Below, piece after piece: positions 43,809-55,870 of a DNA stretch of 64,000 nt. The position numbers were made by a program, and so were the translations under genes. The stretch spans positions 83,348-147,347 of the forward strand of contig DFBX01000123.1 in NCBI GenBank assembly GCA_002366795.1. Reading direction: 5' to 3'. This DNA is from Rhodobacteraceae bacterium UBA3069 (GTDB lineage: Bacteria > Pseudomonadota > Alphaproteobacteria > Rhodobacterales > Rhodobacteraceae). Position 1 is the first letter of the stretch; each line of letters starts with the position of its first letter. The notes under the pieces were generated by a model that was not told the origin of the DNA, made no database searches, and was given only the letters and a program-made list of their open reading frames with translations.

Positions 43809-44593
43809 TGCACCACCCAGACACCGCTGAACTGCCCAGCCAGCAGCAGCAGCACCGCCGCGCCAAGCAGCCCGTCGAACCGGTCCAGCAAACCGCCGTG
43901 ACCGGGAATCAGGTTCGAGGCATCCTTGACCCCCATCCGCCGCTTGATCACGCTTTCGGCGATGTCGCCCATTTGCGCGGCCATGGACATGGCAATGGAA
44001 ATGCCGATCAGGCTGCTGCCTGCGCCGGTGATGCCGCCAAAGCCCCAGCCGACCAGCGCCGCGCCAAGCCAGCCCGCCACCGTGCCCGACCATGTTTTCT
44101 TGGGCGATACCTTGGGCCAGAATTTCGGCCCGCCAATCAGGCGCCCCGCGAAATAGCCCATTACATCAGATACGACGACCACCGCGATCAGCCAGATCAG
44201 CCATGGCACGCCATTCTCGTCGCGCAGCTGCATCAGCGCAAAGCCCGCCAGCAGGATCAGCGGCGCATAGGCCAGCCAATACCCGCGCTTGCCGGTGATC
44301 ATGGAAATACCGACCATGACCGGGGCCAGCAGCACCGGCAGGGCAAAGGCCCCCGGCAGGTAGATCGAGGCGAGAACCGCGCCCCCCGCGATCACCCCCA
44401 TCTGCCGCGCCACGCCATTGTCGGTGGGTGAAATCATGCGGATCAGTTCCCACACCATAAGGCCGGACACGACCGCGATCAGGACGTGGAACCAGTGCCC
44501 GCCCAGCCAGATTTCCACCCCCGCCACGACCAGCATCACGATGGCCGATGCCAGACGCACCCAAAGGTCATCCCATTTACCGGAACTGCTCAT
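43805..44593 (-). CDS. cdsA: Phosphatidate cytidylyltransferase
   Basis: Multi-TM, ...KRRMGVKDASNLIPGHGGLLDRFD... Confidence 0.92.
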   Translation of the reverse strand: MSSSGKWDDLWVRLASAIVMLVVAGVEIWLGGHWFHVLIAVVSGLMVWELIRMISPTDNGVARQMGVIAGGAVLASIYLPGAFALPVLLAPVMVGISMITGKRGYWLAYAPLILLAGFALMQLRDENGVPWLIWLIAVVVVSDVMGYFAGRLIGGPKFWPKVSPKKTWSGTVAGWLGAALVGWGFGGITGAGSSLIGISIAMSMAAQMGDIAESVIKRRMGVKDASNLIPGHGGLLDRFDGLLGAAVLLLLAGQFSGVWVVQ

Positions 44594-45327
44594 GCTTTGA
44601 CGGCACCGAAACGACGGTCACGCGCGCCGAATTTTTCAATCAGGTCGGCAAAGATTTCCGAAGTGAAATCGGGCCAGAGCGTGTCGATGAATTCGTATTC
44701 GGCATAGGCCGACTGCCACAGCAGAAAGTTGGAAATCCGCGCCTCGCCGCTGGTGCGGATCACAAGGTCGGGATCGGGCAAAACACAAGTGTCCAAATAC
44801 TTTGGCAGGGTTTCTTCATCCACCGACGCCGGGTCAAGCCGCCCGTCGGCCACGTCCTGTGCCAGCCGCTTGGTGGCGCGGGCCACCTCGTCGCGACCGC
44901 CATAGTTCAGCGCGATTGTCAGATGCACCTTGTCATTATGCGAGGTCAGCAATTCCAGCTCGTCCATCAGGGCGACCAGCTTGTCATCCAGCCGCACGCG
45001 GTCACCGATGAAACGCACGCGCACGCCCTTGGCCAACAGGGCCTTTGCCTCTTTCGAAATGTAGCGCCGGAACAGCATCATCAGCCCCGCGACCTCAACC
45101 TGGGTGCGTTTCCAGTTCTCTGTCGAGAAGGCGAAAATGGTCAGGTATTTCACACCCAGATCGGGGCACGCCTCGACGATCTCGCGCACACGGCGCGCAC
45201 CGGCGTGGTGCCCAAACAGCCGCGGGCGACCGCGCATCGTGGCCCAACGGCCATTGCCATCCATGATGATCGCCACATGGCGTGGCCCGTTGTTACCCGG
45301 CGTCTTGTCCTGATCGGTGGTGGCCAT
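44590..45327 (-). CDS. uppS: Isoprenyl (undecaprenyl) diphosphate synthase
   Basis: HVAIIMDGNGRWA...FSTENWKR... Confidence 0.95.
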   Translation of the reverse strand: MATTDQDKTPGNNGPRHVAIIMDGNGRWATMRGRPRLFGHHAGARRVREIVEACPDLGVKYLTIFAFSTENWKRTQVEVAGLMMLFRRYISKEAKALLAKGVRVRFIGDRVRLDDKLVALMDELELLTSHNDKVHLTIALNYGGRDEVARATKRLAQDVADGRLDPASVDEETLPKYLDTCVLPDPDLVIRTSGEARISNFLLWQSAYAEYEFIDTLWPDFTSEIFADLIEKFGARDRRFGAVKA

Positions 45328-45357
45328 AACGCCCCTTCCCGGCCTGCAACGGCCTTG

Positions 45358-45924
45358 TCAGACCTGCATGATCTCTTCCTGCTTGGTCTCAAGCGCCTTA
45401 TCCACGTTTCCGATGAACTTGTCAGTCAACGCCTGAACTTCGGTTTCCCAGAATTTCTGGTCATCCTCGGACAAGCCATCGGCCTTGGCCTTCTTGATCT
45501 GGTCCATGCCGTCGCGGCGCAGGTTGCGGATCGAAACGCGGGCATGTTCGGCATATTGCGCGGCAACGCGGGTCAGATCGCGGCGGCGTTCCTCGTTCAA
45601 CTCGGGGATCGGCAGCATGATGATGGTGCCGTTCAGCTGCGGGTTGATGCCAAGGCCACTGTTGCGAATGGCTTTTTCCACCGGACCGACCATGGATTTG
45701 TCCCAGACGTTGATCGTGACCATGCGCGGTTCGGGCACATTCACGGTGCCGACCTGGTTGATCGGGGTCATCTGGCCATAGGCTTCAACCTGCACCGGTT
45801 CCAGCATCGAGGCCGAGGCGCGGCCCGTCCGCAAAGACGCGAATTCCACGCGCAGGTTCGCAATCGCGCCCTCCATGCGGCGGGTCAAGTCATCGGTGTC
45901 CAGCATGAACTCTTCGTCGGCCAT
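45358..45924 (-). CDS. frr: Ribosome recycling factor
   Basis: 188 aa, ...[13 protein letters not shown]...IRNLRRD... Confidence 0.97.
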   Translation of the reverse strand: MADEEFMLDTDDLTRRMEGAIANLRVEFASLRTGRASASMLEPVQVEAYGQMTPINQVGTVNVPEPRMVTINVWDKSMVGPVEKAIRNSGLGINPQLNGTIIMLPIPELNEERRRDLTRVAAQYAEHARVSIRNLRRDGMDQIKKAKADGLSEDDQKFWETEVQALTDKFIGNVDKALETKQEEIMQV

Positions 45925-46048
45925 ATGCTCGTCTCTCCCTTCCCATGTTCGGGAAAATCACGTTTCAACACGCTATAAACCCAAGCGGCGGAACTGTATA
46001 GGGGCGAGCGCCCCGCAAATACCCGCAGACGGGGTGCGAAGCGGGCGC

Positions 46049-46783
46049 TTAACCGCCGACGGTGGTATAGGTGCCTTCGCCCGACAGGATGCCCTTGAAC
46101 CCGCCCGGCTCGTCCAGCGAAAAGACGATGATCGGCAGGTTGTTGTCGCGGGCCAGCGCGATGGCGGATGCGTCCATCACGCCCAGATGCTGCGCCAGAA
46201 CCTCGTCATAGCTGACGCGTTCATATCGTTTCGCATCGGCATGTTTCACCGGGTCTTTATCATAGACCCCGTCCACCTTGGTGCCCTTGAAGATCGCCTC
46301 GCAAGTCATTTCATTTGCACGCAAAGTTGCCGCCGTGTCGGTGGTGAAATACGGGTTGCCTGTGCCTGCGGCAAAGATGCAGACGCGTTTCTTTTCAAGG
46401 TGCCGCACGGCGCGGCGGCGGATGTACGGCTCGCAGACCTGATCCATGGGAATGGCCGAAATCACGCGGGTGAACACGCCCAGACCTTCCAGCGCCGATT
46501 GCATGGCCAGCGCGTTCATCACCGTCGCCAGCATCCCCATGTAGTCGGCGGTGGTCCGCTCCATCCCCTGCGCCGATCCGGCCAGTCCGCGAAAGATGTT
46601 GCCGCCGCCGATCACCATGCAAATCTCGACCCCCATGTCATGGACCGACTTCACCTCTTCGGCGATGCGCTGCACGGTGGGCGGGTTCAGGCCAAAGCCC
46701 TTGTCGCCCATCAGCGCCTCGCCCGAGATTTTAAGCATCACGCGTCTGAATTTCGTTGTGTTCGGGGTGGAGGCTTCGGCCAT
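46049..46783 (-). CDS. pyrH: UMP kinase
   Basis: ...[15 protein letters not shown]...[10 protein letters not shown]... Confidence 0.97.
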   Translation of the reverse strand: MAEASTPNTTKFRRVMLKISGEALMGDKGFGLNPPTVQRIAEEVKSVHDMGVEICMVIGGGNIFRGLAGSAQGMERTTADYMGMLATVMNALAMQSALEGLGVFTRVISAIPMDQVCEPYIRRRAVRHLEKKRVCIFAAGTGNPYFTTDTAATLRANEMTCEAIFKGTKVDGVYDKDPVKHADAKRYERVSYDEVLAQHLGVMDASAIALARDNNLPIIVFSLDEPGGFKGILSGEGTYTTVGG

Positions 46784-46909
46784 GAGGATGCTCCTGCTTC
46801 ATGTTCGGCGGCAAAATGTCGGAAAATCGCAAAAGGTTCAATGCGCGAGTGACCGCCAAACCGGATATTCCGCGCCTCTGCCCCCTCGCCCTGCGCGCGC
46901 GTCCGCGCT

Positions 46910-47803
46910 ATGACGGCGCGCATGTTCGATATCGCACGTATATCACCCGACCGGCCCGTGCTGATCGCCGGCCCCACCGCCAGCGGTAAATCCAGCCTTG
47001 CGGCGCGGATCGTCGCCGCGCAGGGCGGGGTGATCGTCAATGCCGACGCGATCCAGGTGTTCGCCAACTGGCGCGTGCTGACCGCCCGCCCGACCGAGAC
47101 CGAAGAGGCCGCCCTGCCCCATGCCCTGTATGGTCATATCCCGCGTGACGGGGATTATTCCGTGGGCCACTGGCTGCGCGAGGTGTCGGCCCTGCTGAAC
47201 GGGCCGCGCCCGGTGATCGTGGGCGGCACGGGCCTGTATTTCACCGCACTGACCGAAGGTCTGGCCGAAATCCCGCCCACGCCCGCGCATGTCCGCGCCG
47301 CCGCCGACGCGCGCATTAGGGCCGAAGGCCACGCCGCCCTGCTGACCGAACTGGACCCGCAAACCGCCGCGCGGATCGACCGGCAAAACCCGATGCGGGT
47401 GCAGCGCGCGTGGGAGGTGCTGCAAACCACGGGGCGCAGTCTGGCCGACTGGCAGGACGCAACCCCGCCGCCGCTGTTGCCACAAGCGCAGGCGCAGGCC
47501 TTTGTGATGGACGCGCCCAAGGACTGGCTGACCCCGCGCATCAATGCCCGCTTCGATCAGATGCTGGACATGGGCGCACTGGACGAGGCGCGCGCCAATC
47601 TTGGTGGCTGGAACCCCGCGCTTTTGTCATCCAAGGCCATCGGCGGACCCGAGCTGATCGCGCACCTTAAGGGCGAAATCTCCTTGAACTCGGCGCGCGA
47701 GGCTGCCACCATCGCCACACGGCAATTCGCCAAGCGGCAGCGCACATGGTTTCGCGCCCGCATGAAAAAGTGGACACCGATTGACCCGGCCAGCTTGGCC
47801 TGA
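46910..47803 (+). CDS. miaA: tRNA dimethylallyltransferase
   Basis: ...[16 protein letters not shown]...; an alternative ATG lies at 46922. Confidence 0.92.
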   Translation: MTARMFDIARISPDRPVLIAGPTASGKSSLAARIVAAQGGVIVNADAIQVFANWRVLTARPTETEEAALPHALYGHIPRDGDYSVGHWLREVSALLNGPRPVIVGGTGLYFTALTEGLAEIPPTPAHVRAAADARIRAEGHAALLTELDPQTAARIDRQNPMRVQRAWEVLQTTGRSLADWQDATPPPLLPQAQAQAFVMDAPKDWLTPRINARFDQMLDMGALDEARANLGGWNPALLSSKAIGGPELIAHLKGEISLNSAREAATIATRQFAKRQRTWFRARMKKWTPIDPASLA

Positions 47804-47913
47804 TCCGGTATTATTTACCTTTTTCAACGTAACGCCTAATTTTTGGCACTATTTTACAGTTATTTCCGACGCAAACCCCAGATCAGGACGCTCAAGCTGA
47901 TGAAGGCCGACCC

Positions 47914-48714
47914 GTGAACGAACAAACCACAAGCGACCGGATTCGCATCACGACCATCGCCCAATTGGCGAAGGGCGAGGCATGGCGGCTGGAAAAGCTG
48001 CACCATTACGACCACGATTTGCTACTGTGGATCACCCGCGGCCAGGGCCGTGCGAACCTGCAAGGGATGCGGCGCGGCATCGGCACCCATAACGCGATTT
48101 ACCTGCCGGCGCAGACGCTTCATGCGCTGGACCTGGGGCAGCAGGGCTTTGGCCTGGCGGTGACGCTGCCGCATGGGGCCGGGCTTGGCTTTCCGGACGA
48201 GATGACCCACCTGCGCATCCGCGACGTGCAGGCGCAGGGCGAGATCACCGGCATCGTCGAGGCGATGCAGCGCGAGACAGATGGCGGGCGCCCCTTCGCG
48301 CGCGAGGCGATGCGCGCCGAGGCGGCACTGATGTCGGTCTGGATGCGCCGTCAGATGATCAACATGGACCCGCCCGGCAAACCCAGCGGCGCGCAGCGCT
48401 TGGTCGAAGCGTTCACTGCCCTGGTTGCGCGCGAATACCGCAGCGGCAAGACCATGGCGGAATACGCGGCCATGCTGGGCGTGACCCCGACGCATTTGAC
48501 GCGCACCTGCAAGGAATGCTGCGACATGACCGCCGCCGAAATCCTGACCGAGCGCACGCTATACGCTGCGCGCGACCTGATCGAACGGTCGAAAATGCCG
48601 TTCCAGGTGATCGCGGCGGAACTCGGCTTTGGCTCTGCCGCCTATTTCACCCGTTTCGTGCAGTCGCATACCGGCACCACCCCCAGCGAATCGCGCCGCC
48701 GTCACCGCAAGTGA
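47914..48714 (+). CDS. AraC-family transcriptional regulator
   Basis: C-terminal HTH ...MAEYAAMLGVTPTHLTRTCK...GFGSAAYFTRFVQSHTG. GTG start. Confidence 0.88.
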   Translation: MNEQTTSDRIRITTIAQLAKGEAWRLEKLHHYDHDLLLWITRGQGRANLQGMRRGIGTHNAIYLPAQTLHALDLGQQGFGLAVTLPHGAGLGFPDEMTHLRIRDVQAQGEITGIVEAMQRETDGGRPFAREAMRAEAALMSVWMRRQMINMDPPGKPSGAQRLVEAFTALVAREYRSGKTMAEYAAMLGVTPTHLTRTCKECCDMTAAEILTERTLYAARDLIERSKMPFQVIAAELGFGSAAYFTRFVQSHTGTTPSESRRRHRK

Positions 48715-48794
48715 CACGCAAAAAGCCCCCCGCCGTTTCCGGCAAGGGGCAGGTGCGGCAGCAATGCTGCCAAGGGACAGGCGTCAGGCGCGTA

Positions 48795-49310
48795 TCAGTT
48801 GCGCGTATTGTCGATGGCCGCTTCGTTTCCGGCTTCTTTCACGACCTCCACGGCCGCATCGGCAAAACCGTTCACCAGCCCGGTGTAGAAATCCTCGGAA
48901 CCGGGCGTCATGTAGATGATGCCTTCGACCGGTTCTTCACCTTCGACTGCGCGCACGATGATCGGCTCGCTGCGCAGGGTTTCAAAGTTGTCATCCTTCA
49001 AGGTCACAACACCGGACAGGGTGTTGAAATACCCTTCGTCGGTCAGGAACGGCGCATCGTTCACGCGCACATCGGCCAGGGTCACGTCCAGCTTGTAGGT
49101 GTTACGCTCGGTCGGGTCGCCCAGCTTGGCGGCGATGGCCATTTCAAGGTCTTTCTCGATGGTGGGCCATTTCGCCATGGCTTCGGCGGATTTGGGGTCG
49201 GTGATGTCTGTCATCACGTCCTCTTCGCTTACAGGCAGTTGTTCCTTGGCCACCAGGGGCGTGGCAAGTGCGGCGATCATGGCGACGGTGGTCAGCATAC
49301 GGGTTTTCAT
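48795..49310 (-). CDS. Exported acidic protein of unknown function
   Basis: ATG 49310. Signal peptide MKTRMLTTVAMIAALATPLVA. Confidence 0.65.
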   Translation of the reverse strand: MKTRMLTTVAMIAALATPLVAKEQLPVSEEDVMTDITDPKSAEAMAKWPTIEKDLEMAIAAKLGDPTERNTYKLDVTLADVRVNDAPFLTDEGYFNTLSGVVTLKDDNFETLRSEPIIVRAVEGEEPVEGIIYMTPGSEDFYTGLVNGFADAAVEVVKEAGNEAAIDNTRN

Positions 49311-49531
49311 GTCTATTTGCTTTGTCTCGTTGCAGTGCGTGAAGGGCATCTTGCAGCCCCTCTGCTGTATGAAGACACAACTGCAGCCGCCCCGATTTGG
49401 TTCCGGCAAAAATCGAGGAAGCGGCAAAAAGGCTGTGACTGCGCCGGTGATTTTCACATTGCAAAGGAGTTGCCAGGAACATCACCGCGGCGCATTACTA
49501 GACTCCGCTTGCCCGCAACAAGGACCGCCCG

Positions 49532-49870
49532 ATGACCAGCCGCTTCGGCCCCCTGCCCGCGCCGCCCTATTACGCTGTCATCTTCACAGCGCAGCGCCGC
49601 GCGGGGGATGACGGCTATGGCGCGATGGCCGACAGGATGGCGGAACTGGCGGCGGGGCAACCGGGCTATATCGGGGTGGAAAGCACACGGGATGAAACCG
49701 GCCTTGGCATCACCGTCAGCTACTGGACGGACGAGGATGCACTGATCGCGTGGAAGGCCGAGGCACAGCATCTATTGGCGCAAAAGCTGGGCAAGGAACG
49801 CTGGTATGACCATTACACGCTACGCGTGGCCAGGGTCGAACGGGCCTATGACGGGCCGGAAGGGCGCTAG
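49532..49870 (+). CDS. Antibiotic-biosynthesis-monooxygenase (ABM) domain protein
   Basis: ...YYAVIFTAQR...PGYIGVES...SYWTDEDALIAWK... Confidence 0.8.
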   Translation: MTSRFGPLPAPPYYAVIFTAQRRAGDDGYGAMADRMAELAAGQPGYIGVESTRDETGLGITVSYWTDEDALIAWKAEAQHLLAQKLGKERWYDHYTLRVARVERAYDGPEGR

Positions 49871-49874
49871 CGCC

Positions 49875-50495
49875 TCAGCTGCCCCAGATCTTGCGCACGT
49901 AGTTAATGGTTTCCTTGTAGGGCGGCACGCCGCCGTGCTTTTTCACCGCGCCCGGCCCGGCATTATAGGCGGCCAGCGCAAGACGCCATGATTTGAATTC
50001 GCGGTATTGCGCGGCCAAGTAGCGCGCGCCGCCTTCAAGATTTTCATAAGGATCGTGCGGATTGACCCGCAGCGTGGCGGCGGTGGCGGGCATCAGCTGC
50101 GCCAGACCGATCGCCCCCTTATGGGACCGCGCCTTGGCGTTGAACCGGCTTTCCTGCTGCACAAGGCGCAGGAACAGATCCTCTGGCACACCATTGCGTC
50201 GCGCGGCATCGCGCGCCATCGCAAGATAAGGCCCATTATAGCGCCCACGATATTTCTTGGTCGAGGTATCGCCCCATTTCGTCGGCGTATTGACCGAGGG
50301 CGGCTTCAACCGGACCGAGGCGTTATATTGGCTCTTGGCGCGTGTATCGAGGATTTTTGTCTGCGATTTGAACAGCTTGTTGCGGCTCTTGGAGGAGAAA
50401 ACATCAGCCTCTACCGCCCCGGCCCCAAGGCCAAGGCTGGCAGCCAGACAAAGCCCGAGAAACCGTTTACTGCGCATCAAACTCACCGTCCCCAT
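49875..50495 (-). CDS. Lytic transglycosylase (SLT domain)
   Basis: ...[26 protein letters not shown]...[10 protein letters not shown]... Confidence 0.88.
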   Translation of the reverse strand: MGTVSLMRSKRFLGLCLAASLGLGAGAVEADVFSSKSRNKLFKSQTKILDTRAKSQYNASVRLKPPSVNTPTKWGDTSTKKYRGRYNGPYLAMARDAARRNGVPEDLFLRLVQQESRFNAKARSHKGAIGLAQLMPATAATLRVNPHDPYENLEGGARYLAAQYREFKSWRLALAAYNAGPGAVKKHGGVPPYKETINYVRKIWGS

Positions 50496-50986
50496 TTAGC
50501 AATCCTGCGTATACTAGTGAAAACCGCCCCGCTTTCCAACCCGTCATAGGGGCGCGGGGCTACGTGGGTGGATTAATGCCCGGCCTGCCCCGCGCCCGCG
50601 CTGGCGGCCGGTTGATGGGCGGCGGCGGTCTGCCCCTGAGTGGCGACAAGCGGCTGGCGCATCAGATCCTCGATCATCAAGTGAGCAATTCGCAGCGTCC
50701 CGACACGCCCGCCTTGCGGTCGACCGTGTTCAGATGCGCGATTTCCGTGACCGACGCGCCCTTGAAGGCAAACCCAGCCAAGTCGGCCTCTGACAGGGTC
50801 GGCTTCCATGCACGGAAATAAGTCTCCATCAGGTCATGCAGCGCCCAGAAAGAATACTGCGCAACTGCGTTGCACCGTGATCAGGATCATCAACGCCAGC
50901 AGTTTCCTCCACGCGCCGTTTTCCGCTTTCGCCCTGCCCTGCCGATGGTGTAACCCATCAAGGACGGAATCTAAGGAGGGGCGCAA

Positions 50987-51490
50987 ATGGCCGGATCTGT
51001 GAACAAGGTAATTCTGGTGGGCAATCTGGGCCGCGATCCCGAGGTGCGGACCTTTCAGAACGGTGGCAAGGTCTGCAATCTGCGCATCGCCACGTCCGAG
51101 AACTGGAAAGACCGCAACACCGGCGAGCGCCGCGAAAAGACCGAATGGCATTCGGTTGCGATCTTTCAGGAAGGTCTCGTGCGCGTGGCAGAACAATACC
51201 TGCGCAAAGGCTCCAAGGTCTATATCGAGGGCCAGTTGCAAACCCGTAAATGGCAGGACCAGTCCGGCCAGGACCGCTACTCGACCGAGGTCGTGCTGCA
51301 AGGGTTCAACGGCACGCTGGTCATGCTGGACGGGCGCAGCGATGGCGGTAGCGGTGGTGGTGGCGGTGCCTCCTCGGGCGGCGGCGATTATGGTGGCGGC
51401 TATGACAGCGGCCCCAGCAGCGCGGGCGGCGGCAGCAGCGCCCCCGCGGGCGGCGGCGGGCGCGATTTCGATGACGAAATCCCGTTCTAA
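50987..51490 (+). CDS. ssb: Single-stranded DNA-binding protein
   Basis: [21 protein letters not shown]..., Gly-rich tail ending DDEIPF. AAGGAGG upstream. Confidence 0.96.
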   Translation: MAGSVNKVILVGNLGRDPEVRTFQNGGKVCNLRIATSENWKDRNTGERREKTEWHSVAIFQEGLVRVAEQYLRKGSKVYIEGQLQTRKWQDQSGQDRYSTEVVLQGFNGTLVMLDGRSDGGSGGGGGASSGGGDYGGGYDSGPSSAGGGSSAPAGGGGRDFDDEIPF

Positions 51491-51516
51491 TCGTTCGGCC
51501 ACGTTTACGAATGTCC

Positions 51517-51547
51517 AAAACGCCCTCCCGCATCGGGGGGGCGTTTT
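51517..51547. terminator. Bidirectional intrinsic terminator
   Basis: AAAACGCCCTCCC-gcatc-GGGGGGGCGTTTT between ssb and a convergent small ORF. Confidence 0.7.
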
Positions 51548-51698
51548 ACATTACACGCTCCAAAAAGCTCAGCGCCAGAAAGACCGGCACGGACAGCGCC
51601 AAGGCCACAAGCAAGGCGGCCTGCCAGGTCGGGCGTGGCGCTGGAATATATTGGCCCATTACGGGCGGGTGTTTCATTGGTTTTTTCTTGTCACTCAT
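51546..51698 (-). CDS. Candidate 50-aa single-TM membrane protein
   Basis: Below the track size cutoff. MSDKKKPMKHPPVMGQYIPAPRPTWQAALLVALALSVPVFLALSFLERVM. The stop abuts the terminator. Confidence 0.45.
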   Translation of the reverse strand: MSDKKKPMKHPPVMGQYIPAPRPTWQAALLVALALSVPVFLALSFLERVM

Positions 51699-51744
51699 GT
51701 TTCCCATTAACCGCATTTAAGGTTTTTATTGCGTTAACAGGGCC

Positions 51745-52581
51745 ATGAATATTGCAAGGCCCCATCCACCTGGGATCCAAGCGGCACGGATACACCAGCA
51801 TCCCCATTACGCGCAGACCATGCTGGCGCTGGGGCTGCAGGTCCGGCCTTGCCCCGATGGCAGTATCGCGGTGATGCGGCGCTTTGCGGGGCTGCCGGTG
51901 GCATGGCTGCCAGCGCCCGTCTCGCTGCCAGATCGGCGCAAGACCATGGCCCCGGTCACGCTGATCTCCTCCACGGATGCCGCGATGGACGCGAAGTTGC
52001 GCAAAACCGGTGCAATCCCGGTGATAACCCCTCAATGCCGCGCGATCCTGAACCTCTCCGCGGATACTGCGACCCGACGCGCGGCCTTGCACCCAAAATG
52101 GCGCAACCGCTTGGTGGCGGCGGAAAACGCTGGGCTGAAGCTGCACCATTGCCCCCTGCCCGACGCCAATGACCACTGGCTGCTGCAAGCAGAATCCACG
52201 CAAAGACGCCAGCGCAAATACCGCGCCTTGCCCACGGGGTTCGCCCTTGCATGGCCCGAAACGCGGCTTTTCATCCTGCGCAAACGCCAGACGAACCTGG
52301 CCGCAATGCTGTTCTTGATGCACGGCACCGGCGCCACCTATCACATCGGCTGGACCGGCGACGAAGGTCGAAAGCTGAACGCGCATAACCTGATCCTGTG
52401 GCAGGCCGCGCACTGGCTGGCGCAGCGTGGATGCACGCAGCTGGACCTTGGCCCGCTGGACACCGAACACGCCCCCGGCCTTGCCCGCTTCAAACTGGGC
52501 AGCGGCGCACGGCCCGAATCCACGGGTCGCAGCTGGCTTTATACCCGTGCAACGGCGTCTCTTGGCCGGCTGATAACCTGA
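51745..52581 (+). CDS. GNAT/FemAB-like acyltransferase-fold protein
   Basis: ...AAMLFLMHGTGATYHIGWTGDEGRKLNAHNLILWQAAHWLAQRG... resembles the FemAB-like GNAT family. Confidence 0.6.
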   Translation: MNIARPHPPGIQAARIHQHPHYAQTMLALGLQVRPCPDGSIAVMRRFAGLPVAWLPAPVSLPDRRKTMAPVTLISSTDAAMDAKLRKTGAIPVITPQCRAILNLSADTATRRAALHPKWRNRLVAAENAGLKLHHCPLPDANDHWLLQAESTQRRQRKYRALPTGFALAWPETRLFILRKRQTNLAAMLFLMHGTGATYHIGWTGDEGRKLNAHNLILWQAAHWLAQRGCTQLDLGPLDTEHAPGLARFKLGSGARPESTGRSWLYTRATASLGRLIT

Positions 52582-52652
52582 TGCACCCTTTCTTCTGGCC
52601 TTTTGCCGCGATGCAGTATAGGCGCGGGCGAAATCGAGTTTAAGGACGCCCC

Positions 52653-54473
<1,821 letters not shown>

Positions 54474-54498
54474 TATCAAAGCCTTACTTGGCAAAGTT

Positions 54499-54533
54499 AA
54501 AGCCCGCCCTCTGGATCAGAGGGCGGGCTTTTT
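54499..54533. terminator. Strong bidirectional intrinsic terminator
   Basis: AAAGCCCGCCCTCT-ggatc-AGAGGGCGGGCTTTTT. Confidence 0.88.
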
Positions 54534-54554
54534 CATGTTTCGATCACCGGCGAT

Positions 54555-55337
54555 TCAAGGTTTCAGCCAGTTCGCCTTTTCCTTCTCGATCCGGTGCGGA
54601 TCCATGAAATGGCCGATCATCACCTTGGTCGCCAGATCATAAGCCTCATCCAGAGGCAGGTCCAAATGCCGGTACAGCGCCGCCTTTCCGTCCGCGATGG
54701 CAGGGGCGTGGCGCGTGGCCAGTTGCCGGGCGAACCCCATCGTCTCTCGCTCCAACACGTCGCGCGTGTAGACCCGGGTTACCAGCCCCGCCTCGCGCGC
54801 CCATTCCGCGTTGAAGGTTTCCCCCGACAGCGCCATTTCCGCGACCTTCTTGCGCCCGATCACCCGGCTGACCGTCACCGCAGGGGTCGAGCAGAACCCG
54901 CCATTGTTGACCCCCGGCAAGCAGAAGGTCGCCGCGCGGGATGCAAAGACCACATCGCAGGCAGCCGCCAGTTGCAGCCCCCCCGCCGTGGCAATCCCAT
55001 CAACCATGGCGACGCCTGGTTTGGGACAGTTCGACAGCGCCTGCGTCATCGCGCCGCAAGCCTCGAACAGCTCTGTCAGATATGCCAGACCGTCATCAGG
55101 GTCAGCGCGATGCCGCGCGATTTCCTTCAGGTCATGGCCTGCGCAGAAAATCGGCCCCGGCCCGTGGATCACCAGAACCCGCACCGCGTCATCCGCCGTG
55201 GCCGCATCAATCTGCGCATGCAGCGCCCGGATCATGCTCAGGGACAGCGGGTGCGCCTTGCCCGCGCCAAGTGTCACGGTCATCACGCCGTCACTGATGT
55301 TGCTGGCAATCATGCCGATCTCGTTCATTTGCGTCAT
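54555..55337 (-). CDS. Enoyl-CoA hydratase/isomerase family protein
   Basis: ...FCAGHDLKEI...GIATAGGLQLAAACD...; paralog-like to 20364..21149. Confidence 0.9.
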   Translation of the reverse strand: MTQMNEIGMIASNISDGVMTVTLGAGKAHPLSLSMIRALHAQIDAATADDAVRVLVIHGPGPIFCAGHDLKEIARHRADPDDGLAYLTELFEACGAMTQALSNCPKPGVAMVDGIATAGGLQLAAACDVVFASRAATFCLPGVNNGGFCSTPAVTVSRVIGRKKVAEMALSGETFNAEWAREAGLVTRVYTRDVLERETMGFARQLATRHAPAIADGKAALYRHLDLPLDEAYDLATKVMIGHFMDPHRIEKEKANWLKP

Positions 55338-55455
55338 CGCGCCCCCCTATTCCGGTTGAAGGTTAATCTTAACTGCGGGGGCAAAGCTACTACCCTGACG
55401 AAAAAACGCCCGCCTTGGCACAGACGGGCGTTAACGGTTTCGCGCGCAGCACGGA

Positions 55456-55743
55456 TTATTCCGAGGTCTCGACGACCATCAATTCTCGTTCGGACGCGTC
55501 CTTGGCGTGGCTCAGCGCCTCTTGGTATTCGGGGGAATTGTAGCAATCCACCGCCGCCTCGACGCCGGGGAATTTCGCCACCACGTTGCGGGCGCGTTCC
55601 TTGCCTTCCAGTTGCACGAATTTGCCGCCTCGTGCGATGAAGCTTCCGCCGTGTTTGGCAATGGCCGGCCCGGCCAATTCGGCATATTTTCCATAGGCTT
55701 CGGCATCTGTGACGGTGACATGGGCGATCCAGAGTGCGGGCAT
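55456..55743 (-). CDS. DUF1330-domain protein
   Basis: ATG 55743. MPALWIAHVTVTDAEAYGKYAELAGPAIAKHGG... Confidence 0.85.
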   Translation of the reverse strand: MPALWIAHVTVTDAEAYGKYAELAGPAIAKHGGSFIARGGKFVQLEGKERARNVVAKFPGVEAAVDCYNSPEYQEALSHAKDASERELMVVETSE

Positions 55744-55821
55744 TTCAGCCTCTCCTTTGTGGTGTTCTATTGCAATGCGCGCCATCCTATCCGCGCCCCG
55801 CCGCCCCGGCAACGGCGCATG

Positions 55822-55851
55822 AAAAAGGCCGCGACGAATGCGCGGCCTTTT
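55822..55851 (-). terminator. recA intrinsic terminator
   Basis: AAAAAGGCCGCG-acgaatg-CGCGGCCTTTT. Confidence 0.8.
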
Positions 55852-55870
55852 CAGAACTATTTTCCAGGGA

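Noticed and set aside
50834-51502. 222-aa minus-strand ORF opposite ssb, and 229-aa plus-strand ORF (16149-16838) opposite rpsI
   Set aside because: Both are antisense to highly conserved genes and translate to Ala/Arg-rich sequence. They are artefacts.
51707-51720. TTAA-ccgcat-TTAA between the 50-aa ORF and the GNAT-like gene, considered as a CtrA box
   Set aside because: The spacer is 6 nt, not the required 7. Shifting by one gives TTAA-N7-TAAG only.
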